Below, piece by piece: positions 31,630 through 32,061 of a stretch of 32,061 bases of DNA (positions within the stretch are counted from its first letter, which is position 1; each line of letters opens with the position of its first letter). Position numbers and translations under genes: made by a program. The notes beneath the pieces were generated by a model, which was not told the origin of the DNA, did not search any database, and saw only the letters and a program-made list of their open reading frames with translations. The stretch is taken from positions 10,239 to 42,299 of the forward strand of contig CAYNDM010000001.1 in NCBI GenBank assembly GCA_964395265.1. Reading direction: 5' to 3'. The stretch comes from an uncultured Bacteriovoracaceae bacterium. GTDB lineage: Bacteria > Bdellovibrionota > UBA1018.

Positions 31630-32061
31630 GGCGACAAGACAGGCATTCGGCGAATCGCTGGCGCGGTTGGGAGGAGAGCATCCTGAGATCGTCGTGCTCG
31701 ACGCGGATCTGGCCAAGTCGACCAAGTCGGAGATCTTCGCCAAGAAATTTCCAGATCGCTTCTTCGAGATGGGGATCCAAGAAGCCAATATGATTGGCAC
31801 CGCAGCGGGCTTGGCATTCACTGGCAAGCTTCCGTTCCTGTGCAGCTTCGGCGCGTTCTTGACTGGAAGGTTCGACACCATTCGCCTGAGCGTCGCGTAT
31901 GCGCAGGCCAATGTCCGTCTGGTCGGCACCCATGCTGGCGTGGGAATCGGCGACGACGGCCATAGCCAGATGGGCTTGGAGGATATCTCGCTCATGCGCG
32001 CGCTGCCGACGATGGGAGTCTTTCAGCCCATGGATGCCCGCGAGACCGAGCACTTGATGGA
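31622..32061 (+). CDS. tkt: Transketolase, C-terminal (pyrimidine-binding) subunit, 3'-truncated by the window edge
   Basis: Not in the ORF track (no stop in the window). ATG 31622 overlaps the upstream stop (ATGGCTAA, 8-nt overlap). I read 146 sense codons to the window end: MAKATRQAFGESL..L....P.IVVLDADL..ST....F...FPDRFFEMGIQEANMIGTAAGLA...THAGVGIGDDGHSQ. Confidence 0.9.
   Translation, partial: MAKATRQAFGESLARLGGEHPEIVVLDADLAKSTKSEIFAKKFPDRFFEMGIQEANMIGTAAGLAFTGKLPFLCSFGAFLTGRFDTIRLSVAYAQANVRLVGTHAGVGIGDDGHSQMGLEDISLMRALPTMGVFQPMDARETEHLM

Noticed and set aside
1-32061. Mobile elements, prophage, toxin-antitoxin pairs, restriction-modification systems or a known defence system.
   Set aside because: No integrase, transposase, recombinase, nuclease-helicase, methyltransferase or small paired-gene signature is readable in any frame. 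Gene content is core metabolism, replication and repair, and envelope biogenesis.

Overview
This is a 32-kb, moderately GC-rich (about 57-60 % by eye) chromosomal segment. It holds about 28 tightly packed protein-coding genes on both strands. Most are conserved housekeeping genes: fbaB, recO, a galE-gmhB fusion, an msbA-like exporter, glyQS, ppdK, smc, lolA, yajQ, rimO, queG and a split transketolase. LolA, an MsbA-like exporter and GmhB point to a diderm, LPS-making bacterium; I cannot assign a taxon from sequence alone. I found no rRNA, tRNA, CRISPR array, transposase, integrase or phage gene, and no recognisable defence-island signature. Two truncated genes at the window edges are missing from the ORF track: 1..765 (-) and 31622..32061 (+). 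Several track ORFs have over-extended 5' ends, which I re-called using Shine-Dalgarno position and homologue N-termini. The many long antisense ORFs are in-register shadows of real genes. I do not see a convincing new multi-gene system. The leads most worth follow-up are: (1) a secreted papain-fold-like protein abutting an orphan peptide-binding protein, (2) the GalE-GmhB fusion, (3) a rimO-rhodanese-queG arrangement, (4) basic low-complexity extensions on PPDK, LolA and a stand-alone receiver, (5) a roughly 135-nt element bounded by 10-nt inverted repeats after ppdK, (6) a Cys-less DipZ-like thioredoxin-fold protein coupled to an MFS pump, (7) a roughly 400-nt untranslated region with an SD-preceded mini-ORF upstream of the orphan receiver, and (8) strong GATC enrichment in the core genes. 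All homology statements come from reading motifs by eye and from memory of family consensus sequences; no searches were run.
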